From Blasia pusilla (lineage: Eukaryota): a stretch of 64,000 nucleotides of DNA. Positions 37,491-52,094 of this stretch are shown piece by piece. The position numbers were made by a program, and so were the translations under genes. The stretch covers positions 40,238,001 through 40,302,000 of the forward strand of contig CM114271.1 of NCBI GenBank assembly GCA_050084515.1. Direction: 5' to 3'. Positions within the stretch are counted from its first letter, which is position 1, and every line of letters begins with the position of its first letter. Below the pieces are notes generated by a model, which made no database searches, was not told the DNA's origin, and saw nothing but the letters and a program-made list of their open reading frames with translations.

Positions 37491-40274
37491 ATGGCGGAGC
37501 ATCTGCATCCACCGGGTGCCACAGGAATGCAGACGAATGCTGCAGTGATAAAAGCAGAGGCAGTCACAGCAGCGGGAGGAGTCGCGTTATTCGGAGGGGT
37601 GGGGGAGAGCACAGCGCCACCGGGAGTAATGGTGGTTCAAAGTGAGGGAGCGGCGCAGGTCAGAGAGGAGGAGATGGAGGAAGCGGAGGATGACGAAAAA
37701 GAGAGCCCCGCTGCGAGCCCCAAGCGGAAGGACGGTGGGGAGGGATCCGTAGAGTATGAGATATCGGAAGAAAGCAAGAAAGCACGAGAGAGACAGGAGC
37801 AGAAGGTGCAGCAATTGCTAATGCGGAGGCGCGCGAATGCCTTAGCCGTTCCCACCAATGACACCGCTGTGCGGGCTCGGCTCCGGAGCCTGCAGCAGCC
37901 GATCACCCTCTTCGGAGAGAGAGAAATGGAGAGGAGGGATCGTCTGCGTGCAGTCATGGCAAGGCTGGATGCCGACGGGGAGCTCGAGAAGCTTCTTCAA
38001 GCTCAGGAAGCCGCTGGGGATGGGATCGCTGTTGCGGGAGCCGAAGATGCGAGCCAAATCGACGAAGCGCAGGAGCCAGAGCCGTCGCATCTGGGAATCT
38101 TCTACACTGAGGGCAGCAACGATCTCATGAAGGCTCGTATAGATATTCTCAACTTCTCGCTGCCACGAGCTGCTTCACGAATCCAGAGCTCCAAGAGAAA
38201 GCGCCAGGATCCTGATGAGGACGAGGACGCAGAGATAGAGGAGGTTCTGCACGGTATGGCCCAAACTTCAATGGAGTGCAGCGAAATTGGAGATGAGCGT
38301 CCCCTCTCAGGCTGTGCCCTCTCCCCGGATGGCTTCCTCTTGGCCACCAGGTATGTAGTGCCATCCTTGTGGTGAGGTCTCCAGGCTTCTTACAGCAGCT
38401 ATCAATCGGAGGACTGAATAGGAGCTAGAAGAGCCGTCAAGAATTTTCCAGGGCTTTCAACAACGTGGAATTGGAAGAGAGATAGACGCTTCGAACAGGT
38501 TTCTTGTATTTCATGGCTTGCCAGCATATGCGGGTGATTGTCATCAGCAGAAGCAGAGCTGATGGTTCTGAAGCTCATGGCGGTCAGGGGCATCGTAGCA
38601 TGTGCTATATTGGATCCAGTGAAGACATCTGTTCTCTCGAGCACTCCGTGAGAAATTGAGTTTTGTAGGGTGCATCCTACGGTGCTTGAGGTAAATGCAT
38701 GGGTTTTGATAGCAGTAGCTTCATTTTGAGGTGACTTGTGGATTATCTAACCTGGATCTCTTTTGACCTTAACAGTAGTTGGAGTGGTCACACAAAGCTA
38801 TGGGAAGTACCCGCTGTGAAGAAGACAGTTGTTCTTAAGGGGCACACAGAGAGAGTTACAGGAGTTGCGTTCCATCCGGAATCTTGCAGAAGCCTCTCGT
38901 CGACTGCGGGGAACATTGCCACAGGTTCTGCTGATTGTAAAGCTATTTTATGGAACCTCGAAGGCAAGAACCTGAGATCCTTCGAAGGTCATTTGGAGCG
39001 ACTTGCAAGGGTTGCCTTCCATCCTGCAGGTGCTTACCTGGGAACGGCCAGCTTTGATAAAACTTGGAGATTGTGGGACATAAATACCGGCACGGAGTTG
39101 CTACTACAGGAAGGCCACAGCCGAAGTGTATATGGTCTTGCATTTCAGGCAGATGGAGCTTTGGCCGCATCATGTGGACTGGATGCTTTGGCTCGTATTT
39201 GGGATTTGCGAACAGGGAGAAGTATTCTTGCATTGGAAGGCCACGTCAAACCGGTACCATTCCAACTTGACACTGCCAAAGCCTTGTTGGACCTGTGAAC
39301 TCCTTGCTGAATCTCTGCTCCACCGTAAGGCACCAGATTGGGATTATTAGGTTTGTCAGATCGACGAACATATTGTCTGACTTACTACAAGGATCTGTCA
39401 TGTCCTGTATCTTAGCTTGTTGACCTTAACCAATGATTTGTGTCACAAAATGTCCAGGTCCTCAGTATTGACTTCTCTCCAAATGGATACCACCTGGCTA
39501 CTGGGAGTGCGGATCATACCTGTAGAGTGTGGGACTTGAGGAAGAAGCAATCGTTGTACATAATACCTGCCCATGCATCAATTATATCTCAAGTGAAATA
39601 TGAACCTTCTGAGGGCTATTTTCTTGTGACTGCTTCCTATGACAACACTGCAAGGGTATGGAATCCTTTTCTCCAGTGTAAAGTATTTATGGTGGTAGGG
39701 GTAAACAAAGTTTGTCATGTCTTTCAAAGTAATTTGGTCTTTCAAAGATTCAGTTGCAGCAAGTGGATTGGTCGCCTTTTGGTGATTGTAGTGGTCACTT
39801 TCAATGACTCGCTGTTTCTACGACATTATCACTTCTGCGCATGTTGTGATGATGTGCATCGACAATATTTGGGGCCAGCCTACACAAATGAAATTTGCTA
39901 CAAATAAAGCTAACCACTCTTGCTATGGATTTCCTTGGCTAAAGTAGTAAGTGGCAATTCTGCTTTGCTGTCGGTCTCGTCTAATAATGATTGATATCTT
40001 TCGTGTTCTTTCAGATCTGGTCGGCCAAAGACTTCAAGCCGGTGAAAACATTGGCAGGGCATGAAGGCAAAGTTATGGATGTGGATGTTATGGCAGGTGT
40101 GGTTTCCATCCAGTTCTCTATGTGCTACTAATTCTCCTTAAAATATTTGTTTACATGTGTATCTTGATTCTGTGGCTGAGCATTGCTTTTGTGGTTTTTC
40201 CTGCAGATGGACAGTACATCGCTACCGTTTCATCTGATCGAACAATAAAACTCTGGTCACACTTCAATCCTTGA
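37491..40274 (+). CDS. PRP4: U4/U6 snRNP protein PRP4 (LACHESIS-like; SFM domain plus WD40), 5 exons
   Basis: AVPTND.AVRARLR.L.QPITLFGEREMERRDRLR, SEIGDERPLSGC and WD40 repeats. Exons at about 37491-38350, 38775-39253, 39478-39655, 40015-40097 and 40207-40274. Confidence 0.95.
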
Positions 40275-42463
40275 GCTAGTGTCTATGCAGGCATTAAAGT
40301 CCATTGGCTCTGAAAGGTGCCAGCATGGCAGGTGGGTTTGCTTGGCTATGAGTATCGGGTTTCTCCTGGTTCAACACTCTGGATGAATGTCGAAGACTCA
40401 CAAATTTTGGAGCTGTCTTGCTTTGTAACTTTCAGTCGCCCCACAGAATATGACCTTCTGAGATGTCTGACAGGTTTAGGCTTGCACACATGTTCTTGCT
40501 GGGGAGAGCGAGATGCTGGATGAACTTGGAGTCACATGTTATCGAACAATAACAACTACAACAATCCATGGAGCAGTTGTGAGTTGAGAGGCTTTACATT
40601 CAAGGGCTAACAACATGGCTGGCACACAGTTCTCTAAGCGGAATGTGGGCTTTGGGGTTATGTGTAGACTACATCAGTTTGTGATGTTTCAATATCTGCA
40701 CATTTCACCTGTGGGACTGTCTCTCCTTTGTTCTTAATACTTGCAGCTTTCATGTGTCATAATACGATGACAATTCAAGCATAAAAGCTGCTATACAGCC
40801 TTTGATGATACTCTACAGTCTGCTTAGGGAGCATTTAGATTCCGATACATGTTCCCCTTAAGAGAGATCTACTTCCCTCGAGGCTATATTGAAAAAGGCA
40901 ATTAGGAGAATGTTAGGTCAGATGATTGTTGTACATTGTTGTCCACAGTCTAGATGAATGTGCTCAACATATTCCTCACACCAATTCTTCGCCTGTCAAA
41001 TGTATCAAGTTGAACCCCATGCAAATGTGCGGAACACTTGAGAACTCGATATGCATGCTTCATCTTTGTGAAGTTAAGTGACTTAAAATCATAAATCAGC
41101 ACTTCTGTGCTACAGACTGGATGACACTACATCGAACTTGGGATCTGCCTGTTTCAGTGGTTGATAGTGCCATGGAGGTGACAAACATGTGATACGAGAG
41201 GGAATTATACTTCAACCTGTCACAAGGTCATTGCCAGAGGACCACCGATGGAGAAGCTTAAACCTTCAACCCCCATTACCAAGGGCAGTTATGAGCCATT
41301 GGGAACCCATCAAAAGTATTGTAGAACTTTCCCACTCTCAGATGAAACGAGGAAGGACTGTAACGGCTACACCTCCAGGCTACACGTTGCATCTGTACAG
41401 GTTAGAAGGTAAATCCTAGAAGAGGCGCCAAGATCGTGGTCCATATGACTGAAGCAGCATATAATTTCCTGGAAGAATATGTGTATTGTCTGGTCGAAGC
41501 ATCACGGGAAAAATCTTTCTACCTGTTATGGAATAAAGAAAGAAGGGGCATTCGAATTTTCTTTCAGGGCGCAGAAAGATTCATCCGAGAAGGTTTACCT
41601 AAACCCTTCCATTCCTCCACATCCACACCAAGTCCATCCCATGATCCGACGTCGCCAGATCAACAAACACGGATCCTACTTGAGAAGACACGGGTTCAGA
41701 TGGATCAAGATTCTAAGGCACTGAGTTCCAATTGGGATCGTTAAAACAATTCTTCATACCCGATTTGCAGGGGATCATGCAGCCAAGGTGAAGGTGCCGT
41801 CTATAGATTAGCTTTGAAAAATTGCCTCCCATCGATTCGCCGTGAACATCTAAGAAGACGATTCGTGATCAGTAGTGGCTATGCCCTAGATATGATCGAA
41901 ACGTAGACACGATCGTTGGGACGTCGAAAGGCTCCTTTGTCCATCCCCTAATCGCCATTTGATGAGGTCACTCGGTGGCACGAAGTTCGGTCGCTCACCA
42001 CCAAAATCTGTCATATCCACCTCACAAAAGTTGAGACACAGGAGGCGAGACTGTCACCACATTTTCCCTCGCCTCACGCCGTGAGATAACTTTCATAATC
42101 TCCAGGGAGATGCGGCACCGACACTCCCAGAGTCTCGTGTCCACATCCTCTCACCTACCTCTCAGAATGGAAGTGGTAATGTGCCCGAGACTACTGCCAT
42201 GCCTAGCAAGTCCGTTGACAGAAGTCCATGCTTCAGTCAGTAGCACGACCATGGGCTACGGATGAGGGATTTCGTCTTCCGATTCGTTGAGTCGGATCAG
42301 GCTCCTACCCTCTTGCCTGCCTTGTGGGGATGTCGATAGTAGGAAGCTCTCCGGAGTTAAAGCTGTTCCGTGCGTAACATCCAGCAAATGGAAGGCACGC
42401 AGGTCCGCAATCTACAATCAATGCACAGCTCGTTCAGCTGTACGACGAATTCTTGGCAAGTGC

Positions 42464-43525
42464 TCAAGGCCAATCCATGAGCCATTTCCTCACAGGGCGG
42501 TACTCCGGGATGACCTCCCAGCGCTTGACGGGTGCGGGAGCGAAAATGTGCGGCTCATTGAAGTAGATGCTTCTGCGCACTTGATGCAGCGTGATGTTCC
42601 AGGCACACGTCTCCGCGTCTTTGAAGTCGATAATTTCCTGAGCCAGATCCCAGAGCCCTTCCAACTCTTTGGCTGACAGCTTCTTGCCTCTGGTCAGCCA
42701 TTTGTCGTTGTTGTAGGCCAGAGGAATACAATCCATGTTCCGAGGTACGATGTCGAGATTGCAGTGCTTCTTCCCATCGTACCGAAATTCCTTCAGGCAA
42801 TTTTCATAAGGTTTTCGTATGACGTCTCCAAAGCCTTTGGACTTCACATTCAGCGGAATTTTCAGGACCCCTTCCCGAATGTCTGAATTGTTGACAGGAT
42901 TCAATTTTCCGACCACGGGGCGGTTGTAAGGAGAGTACTGTTCAATCACCTTGTCCAAGAGCTTCGCGATGTGACTCGCTGGGAGGTAATCCCCCTTCTG
43001 AATGAAATCGGTCATGGCGCAGTGAGGAGGAGCCATTGTGCCTTCATGCAATCCATAGTGGGCCAAGGAGGTGAATAGGTATCTCTCCAAGCTTTTGTAG
43101 AACTTCGACTTGTAGTAAGGTTCCAAGTACAAAATGAGGGCGAAACGTACCATAGCTGACGCTTCCTCCTGAAGGAATCCAAGAGCCGGGGATACTCACA
43201 GTAGGATTCTGCAGGCCATGAAGTGCTCGGGGAGCTTCCGCCAGAGCACGACGTCGCAACCGGGGAAGGGGTGGAGCTCTTGCCGGTTCATGTCGGGAAG
43301 AGCAGCAGTCGCCCAGGACTCGGTCTTCCAAGCTTCGAAGCCCAAAACAATGGACTTGAGGGTCAACATCCCACGGATAGCACCTTCATTGGGAGAGTTA
43401 ACGATGTGATAGGGATAGATGCTCCTTCCCGATGTCCATTCGGAATCCCACACGAAAAATCTGAGCCCTTTCTTTTCTCGCAATCTCATCCAAGAAGGGC
43501 AAATTCCACGATCTGATCGCACCAA
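42464..43525 (-). pseudogene. Intronless ORF of unknown family (~350 codons) broken by one in-frame TGA
   Basis: ORFs 43196-43525 and 42464-43153 are in the same frame: ...RILL*VSPALGFLQEEASAMVRF... Confidence 0.5.
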
Positions 43526-44567
43526 CTTAAGTCACTGACAGTTATTTCGCTCCGAACTTAGAGGGGGCACACATACGTTGTGATCACCAAGAATGATTCT
43601 ACTTTGGACTGATGACATACGTACACACTAGCCCCGTTCGCATGCGTAAGCAGGTAGGTGTTTGCCAATCAAGAAGCCACTCTCAGCAAAACTGTAGATG
43701 GAAAATTGTGGGCATCCAATCCCCAGATGTATTGAATTCACCAGATACCTACGGTTACATGCTCAATCAAATGACTGGAAAAATACATGCCCATACAATT
43801 TTCCTACTTCTCCAATCCTTCGCTGGATCCGAAATATCTGCTCTATCTGCTAGTTCCTGTGCTACATTTCCAGCCTACTATGCAGGCCATCCAAAAAAAA
43901 GATGGGTACTTTACAAACAGGCTCAAGTTGATGCATTTTCCATCCATCATCTCTAGAGAATATTACCTACAATCCAATCTAAGTCTATGCTGTGTGCGTT
44001 CTTGGATAAACCCTAGGTTACAGTTATGAACATTCCTATCGATGGAACCACGACGTTAGTACTGCATCAGGCAGACCATATCCAGACCTTCAGAATGTTG
44101 TTGGGAGGCAAGTATCACCACCAACAAGAAAGTATGCTAAGAAAGAATTCTTGGATACAACGGTCGAATTCCGAGAAGTACAGCAGCGTAACATTGGCAG
44201 CCGATGGAGCGACGCCGAAATATTGTTGTTCCCGACTCCAAGACGATGGTTGGGTGGCCTTTAAAGTTGTCCGCGAAACCACAAAACTGCTACCACAACT
44301 GCAGAGGCGTGTTTTCAACTTGGAACCGAGTAATGATCATATACGGGGTGAACATGGTTCCGAAGAGAGCCACTACAGTAGAGTAGTTCTTCGCTTTGCT
44401 GATGGAACTGGCCGGCTAACTCATGTGTTTCGCTGGTGGCCAAAATTGAGATGAGCTCCCGGTCGATACCCCGTCTAGACGTCTCGGAGCTTTCCCGGCG
44501 TCTTGCTTTTGAAGCGGCGACAGCAAATGAAAACCGCCGCCTGGTCAGAAATGTCCACATTTCCCAT

Positions 44568-47500
44568 CTATGATATCATGGACTCCATGTCGTAGTCATT
44601 TTCCACACTAACTCCCATCTTGAGAGCAGTCAACATCGCCTCACCTGCGTCGGGAAACTCTGGATGCTGCATGAGGATCATCTCTACAGATTTACCAGTG
44701 CTATCAAATTTGGAGGTACTTATTGTACTCTCCATGCGATCGGCCTCGAATAGAGGCATAATCTCTTGAAAAGGTGCGCCATAACATGTGGCACCTTCAC
44801 CATACAATCTCTTTGCCAGCTGACAAACACAAGTATTTTGCAAAGTCTGCCAATGTTGTTCATCACTCCAACCATTCTCTTCTGAAAACTGCCTCATTCG
44901 AGTCCAGTTGTCTTGGTCTGCAGCTCGTAACCACGCGGCCTCCAGCAAGCTCCTATTGCCCTTTCTAAAACCCTCTCCACCATATGCGAAGACGTCGAAG
45001 GCTCGCATAATAAGATCCCTGTCCCCAGTTTTCAAGCACGCCTCAACCAGTTGACCAGGCAGAAGAATCTCTTCTGAAACTGCTCCCTTTTTGGCTGCCT
45101 CTTCCTAACAACGTAACACAGGGGTCAGTGTTAAACTCATATTCTTGTGATCAAGAAGTATAGTGATTCCTATTAAGTGTCAGGTGTATGGTGGCACTTC
45201 TGCCATGTAGCGAACGAAGTTCACATTTACTCCTTAGGAAAATAGCCCAAATTTGAGACGCCACTTTTTAAGAAAAATGGACACATCAAAGTAAGGCAGG
45301 CAGGTTTAGTGGCTTTAGAGCTGACAGACAGCTGGAAATGTTGTACCCGGTGGTCTCTTCGCTGACCATACACCAAGGAACAACTGGAATGGAAGTTGTG
45401 AGAACTCCCGCTCTCTAGATTAAACGGAATAGACTTAACAGGAATGAGGTACAATCTTGAATATATTACCTGAACTTCAATGACGGCAATGTTTGCATCA
45501 ATACGGGAGATCTTTTCCCCGCCACCCAAATCGCCCCCTGCAACGATTTATTTTATTGGAACAGACTTCTTAGAAAATCTTTGATTATCCGTTTCGTTCA
45601 CATTTCATGTATGCTCATGGTAAATGAACATTATTGAAAAAGAGGCAAAAGAAGGTTTCCTCTGTTTCCCATGATATGCATGACACTCATTACTGCTATC
45701 TCTGGTCAGATTCAGGAACTCACCAGCAAGGGCAGACAACTTTGCAAGGTAAAGCAAACGCTTGCGTTCTTTGAGAGAGTCCTTGCACTTAAAGTGAACT
45801 TCGGAAAGCTTTTGAGAAGTCTTTGCCTCCTTGTTAACCAGATGATCGCGGGAAACTGCCAGCGAATGCAAGGTGCTGCACGCAGAAGTGTACTGTTGCA
45901 TAAAAAGTTCGTGTAACCAACGCAGATCAATGTGATCCTGCAGGAACAATTCTAAGTCTTCTTGGAACTCTTCTCCGAACCGCAATAGCCTCCCGAATTG
46001 TTTTGTCTTATAAAGTTCCTCAAACACATAGTAGCTGAAACGTCCTTCTCTCAACCCCATACTCTCCCGCTGCAAAGATATGCAATGTCAAGTGAGTATG
46101 AAAAGCAAGTCACCTGTAATGTGTCAAAATGTTCCAGACATCCTAGGGAAACTCATGGCTCCTGGGATCCTTTCCTAAAATTCGATTGTATGTGAGGAAA
46201 GTGGAGTGAGTGAGAACGTAACTTACCATCAAGTTGCGCAATTGATCCATATCATTTAAATCAGTACAAATGTCATACAGTGTCTGGTAGCCGGCGTGAC
46301 GCCTGGCAAGCCCTATCAAGGGTGGATACATCTTCTGTAGCACTAACCGTCGTTGCTCAGCTTTGCCATCCTCATGGACGTACTGCTGTAGTAAACACAC
46401 AAGCAAACCACGCATAAGCAATGTGTGGCCAAGTTGGAACATGTGACCTACACATAGTTCAGTGCACAGCTTTGCTAAGCTAAGAGATCCAGCCAAACTA
46501 TGACTTAGTTAAGGCGCAAACATTACTAGAGAGCAACCCTCACCTGTACAGAGGTGTCAGCAAATGCTTTCACATGCTGTTGAAGAGCAGACAGAAGGGT
46601 ATTCCGCCGACTCCAATACTCCATTTGTAAGCCACGATATTCTTCTTCACGCTCTACTTTGGCAGCGATTGCACCTACGTACCCCTCCAGAAGCACATCA
46701 GCAACCACCTCAAGCCAAGACACTAGCATTGGCTCCATGGAAGGTACTGACACATTTGCTTCTCCCTTCAGCTCCAGAATCAGGCTTGCTACTTTCCAGA
46801 TGCCAGATCGCACTGTAGAGCTACAATACCATGGCGTCAAACCATTAGGTGAAGGGTACCATGGGTGTTGATTGTCTCTGTATCGAAGAGCAGCTCTTAT
46901 GGCACTGGTCATAGCCTCTGCAATCTCACAAACCCGTTCTATTTGAGTTTTAACTGGCTTTTCCTGCCCGACAATTGAGTTGGCGTGCTGCTGAATGCAT
47001 GCAAAAAACTCAGCTAACTCTGAGACCCGAGTGTAAAAAACCTCTGATTTTTCTCGATCCATCAGCATAACATTATTCCTGCGAGCCTTTTCCCCGACGA
47101 GTTGGACCATGTCCCACAATGCACCACTAACTTCCCCGTTATCAGGCAATCCGGGATGATCAAGTAACTCGACCTCACTGACACTTTTCGCATTCTGGAG
47201 TCGTGACTTTGCCCTCGAATTGTGTAGTTCACGAAGCTGCACCATCGCAGCAAGCATCTCCCCGTGCTCCATGATGATATGCAAAGCACCTCCTGTCAGA
47301 TGATACAGTTCAGACATCCAAACAACAGTTTGTGCAATCAGTACCTCCGAAATCATGCACTCATTTTACTGCAGCAGTACTTATATCCAGGAATAACATA
47401 CAGACATAACTAGTGAATCTCATCACGGATCCATTTGTTCATAAATGACCTACTTGTAACATAGAACTTTCATAGCATACAAGCCTTGAAACTTCCTTAA

Positions 47501-50323
47501 GAGACCCATATTTTTAAGAGTAGAATAAACAAAAAAGTTCCAGCTAAGAAAGGATCTACAGGTGCTCTAATGGACAACTCAAAGCAGGTTACAAGATGGG
47601 ACCTACTTTGCTTCAGTTGGAGCTCCTCGTGGCACTTGGAAACTGACAAAAAGTTCAAGTATTGTTGATGCCGCCTTTGCTTCTCCACCAATTGAGATGA
47701 GACTGCAGCCATGATCGCATGGCTACCTGCTCCACCCACCACCCAATGTTTGGCAAGTGTATCCACAATCACCCTACTTGTACGAGCAAAGATATTCATT
47801 TCTAACTCCCCCTCAAAACCCCCAGCCCGCTGGAGCTTTTCCAGAGCAGATTCAACTTTGCCAGAAACTATAAACTGATGGAAGAGTCGCCCCACTATGG
47901 CTTCAGCCTCTTCATCATGAACGGGTGTGGAGTCTGTGCTTCTCCTTGCCAGTTTGTCTTGACCCTCAATAACAGCCCCAGGATCTTTATGCGGTTTCGT
48001 ATGGTAATTCCGTTGTCTATCCTCCTTTGCAGAATCCTCAATCAAACTCCCAATACGAGAAAGGCTTCTCTCCGGAGGATCAACACCACCCAAGAGAACA
48101 ACCTTTTCAGGCACAGCCCAGACACCTGATTTTTCAGTGAGCACTAGCCAGGCTCCTTCAACCCCCTCTTCTACAGCTGGAACCACTGAAGCATCTAAAA
48201 CTTTTCCTGCACCCCAGGCCAGGTCAAACTGATACAGTTTCAGACTTCCTTGGCAGATATGTGTTATGGTAGCTGTTCCATCACCTGCCAGGATAACAGC
48301 CGATCCCATAGGCTTTCCTCCAATCCGGAGGCGCATGGAATACAACACATCCTCCTCTTCTACTCTTGCTTTTGGAAGTATGACTTGCATAGGGGCTTTC
48401 CTCAAGACCTCACCAACAGTCGGATTATTGTCAAAGAAAGTGAGCAGAGAGTACTGCATGTAGCTAGAACTGTTCACTCGATCTTTCGAGAAAGAGGCGG
48501 CAAGCACTGTAAAGAATTTGCCACTATCATCAACCTGCAAGTCCAACAACCACACCTGTTTGTGGCCAGAGAAATCCTTTTGAGTATCTGGGTTTCCAAG
48601 AATGTCGAACCTCCAAGCCTCAGACACTTTGCCGCCCTCTTCAAGTTCCACGTTCCAGCACTCCAGCTCAGCGACAGTTAACAATAGAAACTGCCGCACC
48701 CCCTGCTTTGGGAAATTAACACTAGGACGCCAGACCATGGAACGGGCTCTAGAGCTGTTGAATGCAGTCAGTCCTACATCTCCCCGTAACACAGCATCAC
48801 GGACAACTTGCTGACAAGTAATTCCAATCCTACTGCAATCAAAACGCCACAAGTCACCATTCGATTGTCCTGCTATTGCAACACAAGCCAGGTCATTAGC
48901 TCCAGGTATAGTTGACCCTATCAGAGAGTTCACCAAATCCACACTAGGACCACCAGTGCTCCCAGTCCAACTCGAGAAGGATCTGCGCACATTTGGTCTG
49001 TTGTCATCTGGTAGAACAGAAGGTGCTGCTAACCCATTGGCCCTCTCGCCTCCTCTGATGCTGATGACAGAGGCATCACCATCGTTGAAGATGTCAGGCC
49101 AATATACCACTGCTAGGCTTTTCCGATTGCACATGATAACACCTGCAGAATGGCACTCTTTGACAAAACTGACACCACTAGGGTCATCTGGCTGCCTCCC
49201 GACAATACATACGAGCCAGTTCTCGGCAAGCTTGGAATCATCTCCACGACCATCATGTGAACAAAACTGGGAAGGTATTTTCAGCACTGCACATCTGTGT
49301 GAAACACTACTGTTGAGATGGCTCCAAACGAAGAGACTGTGGCCATGAAGAACCCATGAAAGCCCACTTTTACCATCCATACCACCACTAGTTGCAGAAT
49401 CTGGGACAATGCAAAAGAATAATCAGTAAATCAAAGAAGCAGCATCAGATAAACAACTTCAAACTTGCCAGTATTTCCACTCAAACTCTAGCATTGACTC
49501 CATCATAAGAAAAGGTTGATCCAATGTGGAGACAACAGCTGGCTTCTAATCCAGTCACATGTATCTGTGAGCATATACTACAATCAAGTTTCAAAATAGC
49601 TGCTCTCAGGTCAACGTACTAAGGGCTTCTGGTGTATACCTGCTCGCTGGCTAGCATGTTCACTGTAGGACGTTCTAAGTTGATGAGGAAAGTCACACAC
49701 CAACACCGGCTGGCTGCCGTTGCCACCAGACTTGTCCGCAATTTTTTGAACTGGTGAGATTCTGGAACAATACAAATTACAAGATTGTTTAAACGTACTA
49801 GTTACCCAAAATAATCAATTCTCACCCGAGTAACAATCCTGGAAGGTGGTACTGACCAAGAAGGACGTTAAGGCACCACCAGAAAAGAATCGCAGAAGTT
49901 TTGACTTCTCAATCCTAAACAGAAGCAGGGAGGTATTCAGATCCAGACCAGTACTACAATAACCAGAGGGATTGATTACTTTCAGGATGCTTCACAGAAC
50001 GTGGCTCAAGTTCCGGACAAAATCTTGGGAAGATAGTCTGGAACAAGTTCACAAATCCACCAAAATTGACTAAGAAAGCAGTAAGGATTTTCTGTTGAGC
50101 CTTGAGCTCAGAGGGGAAAAGTAACGCAAAGTTCAAAAAGCCGTAGAACCGACCTGGAAAAACTGGAAGTCCATGGTGACAGTAGAGCAAGACCTCCACG
50201 TAAAGCACCAGAACTTGCGAGGTGAGGCGTGAGAGCAGGAGAAGAGGGAACAGGTGCGGGGCTATGCACTCCCGTTCCTCTCCCTCTGCCCAAACCCAAC
50301 TTCCCACGAGCCGGGGAGAACAT
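44568..50323 (-). CDS. NUP133: Nuclear pore complex protein NUP133, multi-exon
   Basis: MFSPA start, GGMDGKSGLSW, SSYMQYSLLT, PKARVEEEDVLYSMRLR.GGKP.GS, SRVIVDTLAKHW, IMEHGEMLAAMVQLREL, LVGEKARRNNVMLMDR, MQHPEFPDAG. Confidence 0.94.
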
Positions 50324-51422
50324 TTCTGCCTTCCTGCAAAGAATCCGGATAGTTATAAAGTGACACATAAATTCATCTCCTGATCCCGGACCGACAGCTC
50401 TACACTCTCAACCCAAGCTCCGAGAATTCCGTTGCCCAGTCCCTACAACTGAGCTTTCTTGAGACTGGAATTCACCCATGGGTTAGCTCCACAATCATCC
50501 AGCGCCATTACTTTCGATTCCTGGAGCAACTCTCTAATGATAAGTCACCATCACCGACTGCCTTGCCCAGGTCTTGCTGCGTCGGAGAATAGCATTGAAA
50601 GCTGGTAACTTCGCAGTCGATCCATGTTGAATAGATGAGTATCATTTCACTACTGCATTGTTAAGGCGTCAAGCTACCTCCTCAAACTCTTGAATATTAA
50701 TTCCGAGCTGATTGTGAAGCGTCAGGCTGCATAATCCACTAGTTGCCACATCCACTCGATAAATCTTCATGCCGAATGAAGAATTATCGAGTCTACACCT
50801 CTCGGATGCACTTTGTGAAATCCCGGCTAGCATCTATTCTCCCGGAAATGGTGCTTGGATGGTTTCGAATCGAGTGGTTACAGACGCTCCACTTCCTTCC
50901 TCAATTTCGGTAGCTGAATCTCTCGATTGCATGTCCCTAAGCTACAGCGAATCTACTCGGTGAATTGGCGAAATCAATGCTGAACGAAAGAGAGGCAAGG
51001 ACAAAAAAAAGAACTCTATTTTGGAACCCTTACCTTGTGGTTCGTGATTATCACTTGTTTCCTCGTGCGCTCCTTCCCATGCGCTCCCCCGCCCCGCAAA
51101 CGTTGCATTCGACAAAGAATTTCACCATCTTTCAACCGCTCTACCCTCACATATGCAGCACCAATTCAATCCCAAAGCGCAGCACCACTTCTCCACTGAG
51201 ATCTCCATGACTACCCCTCCTAAGACTCCGCTTCTTCACTATCCAAAATCAGCAAATTCCCCGTACACACCAGAAACACACAAGTCCAATTCTCAACATC
51301 CGATCTGCGTCCACTCGATCACCGTAACCCAATCGAAACCCGTTTGTCAGCTCCGATCGCGCCATCGCATCCCGTCTCCTCCGCTTCCTCCCCGAAACCC
51401 TTCGAAAAGTGCCGGGCGCGGG

Positions 51423-51516
51423 AAAACCCTAAACTCCACGCGACAACCCTAAAACAGAGAAATACAGGAGAAAAACAAATGGGTACCGGGAGTTGGAGTA
51501 TCCGGAGAACCCTAAA
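51423..51516. promoter_or_regulatory. Telo-box cluster in the divergent NUP133/PRELI promoter
   Basis: Three (A)AACCCTAA motifs near 51424, 51445 and 51508. Confidence 0.5.
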
Positions 51517-52094
51517 ACCAGACCGACATCTCCAACGAAGACCGCGGGGTCTTGCCAGAGGAGCGGGCCCACGGGAGCGTTCAGGAGGAGCGCGGCCCCG
51601 CGAGCCTTGAGAGACCGTCAGAGTCCCGTCTAATAAAGTGCCCGAGCGCTCGTCGAGCGCGTCGGAGCGGTGCTGGAACGTCTGCTACGGCTCCCGAGCT
51701 CGTGGACGTTGTGCGTTTCTCTGGTCTGTGGATGAATGAGGAAGGCGGCCCGCGACGGCGACTGCTTTGTTGATGGCAATTGGAGGTGCGGGAGCCTGGA
51801 TTGATTCTGTCGAGCTTGTGAGGAGGGAGTGTTCGGCTCCTCAGCGTTGTTTGAATGGAAGCGGCGAGATTTGAACAATTCGCTTCGTTTTTATGAAGTT
51901 GTGGACAGAGCGATGCCCGAATTTTGTGCGTGCCTTGCCTTTGTATGCAAGGGATATTGTTCTTCTCGGGGTAGAAGTGGACGCAGTCAGAGACGGAGGA
52001 TTCGCTGAGTCTCGTGCAGATTGTTGTAGGAAGACGCAGTTTCTGATTGTCGGAAGGAGACGGTTGTGAGTTGCTCTGTGGTCGAGGGTCAGTG

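Noticed and set aside
43169-43199. 31-nt GT-AG intron joining the two orphan ORFs
   Set aside because: Too short for a typical plant intron, and removing it shifts the frame; the ORFs are already in frame across one TGA.
44026-44454. 142-aa plus-strand ORF
   Set aside because: Lies antisense in the probable NUP133 3' UTR; no recognisable motif.
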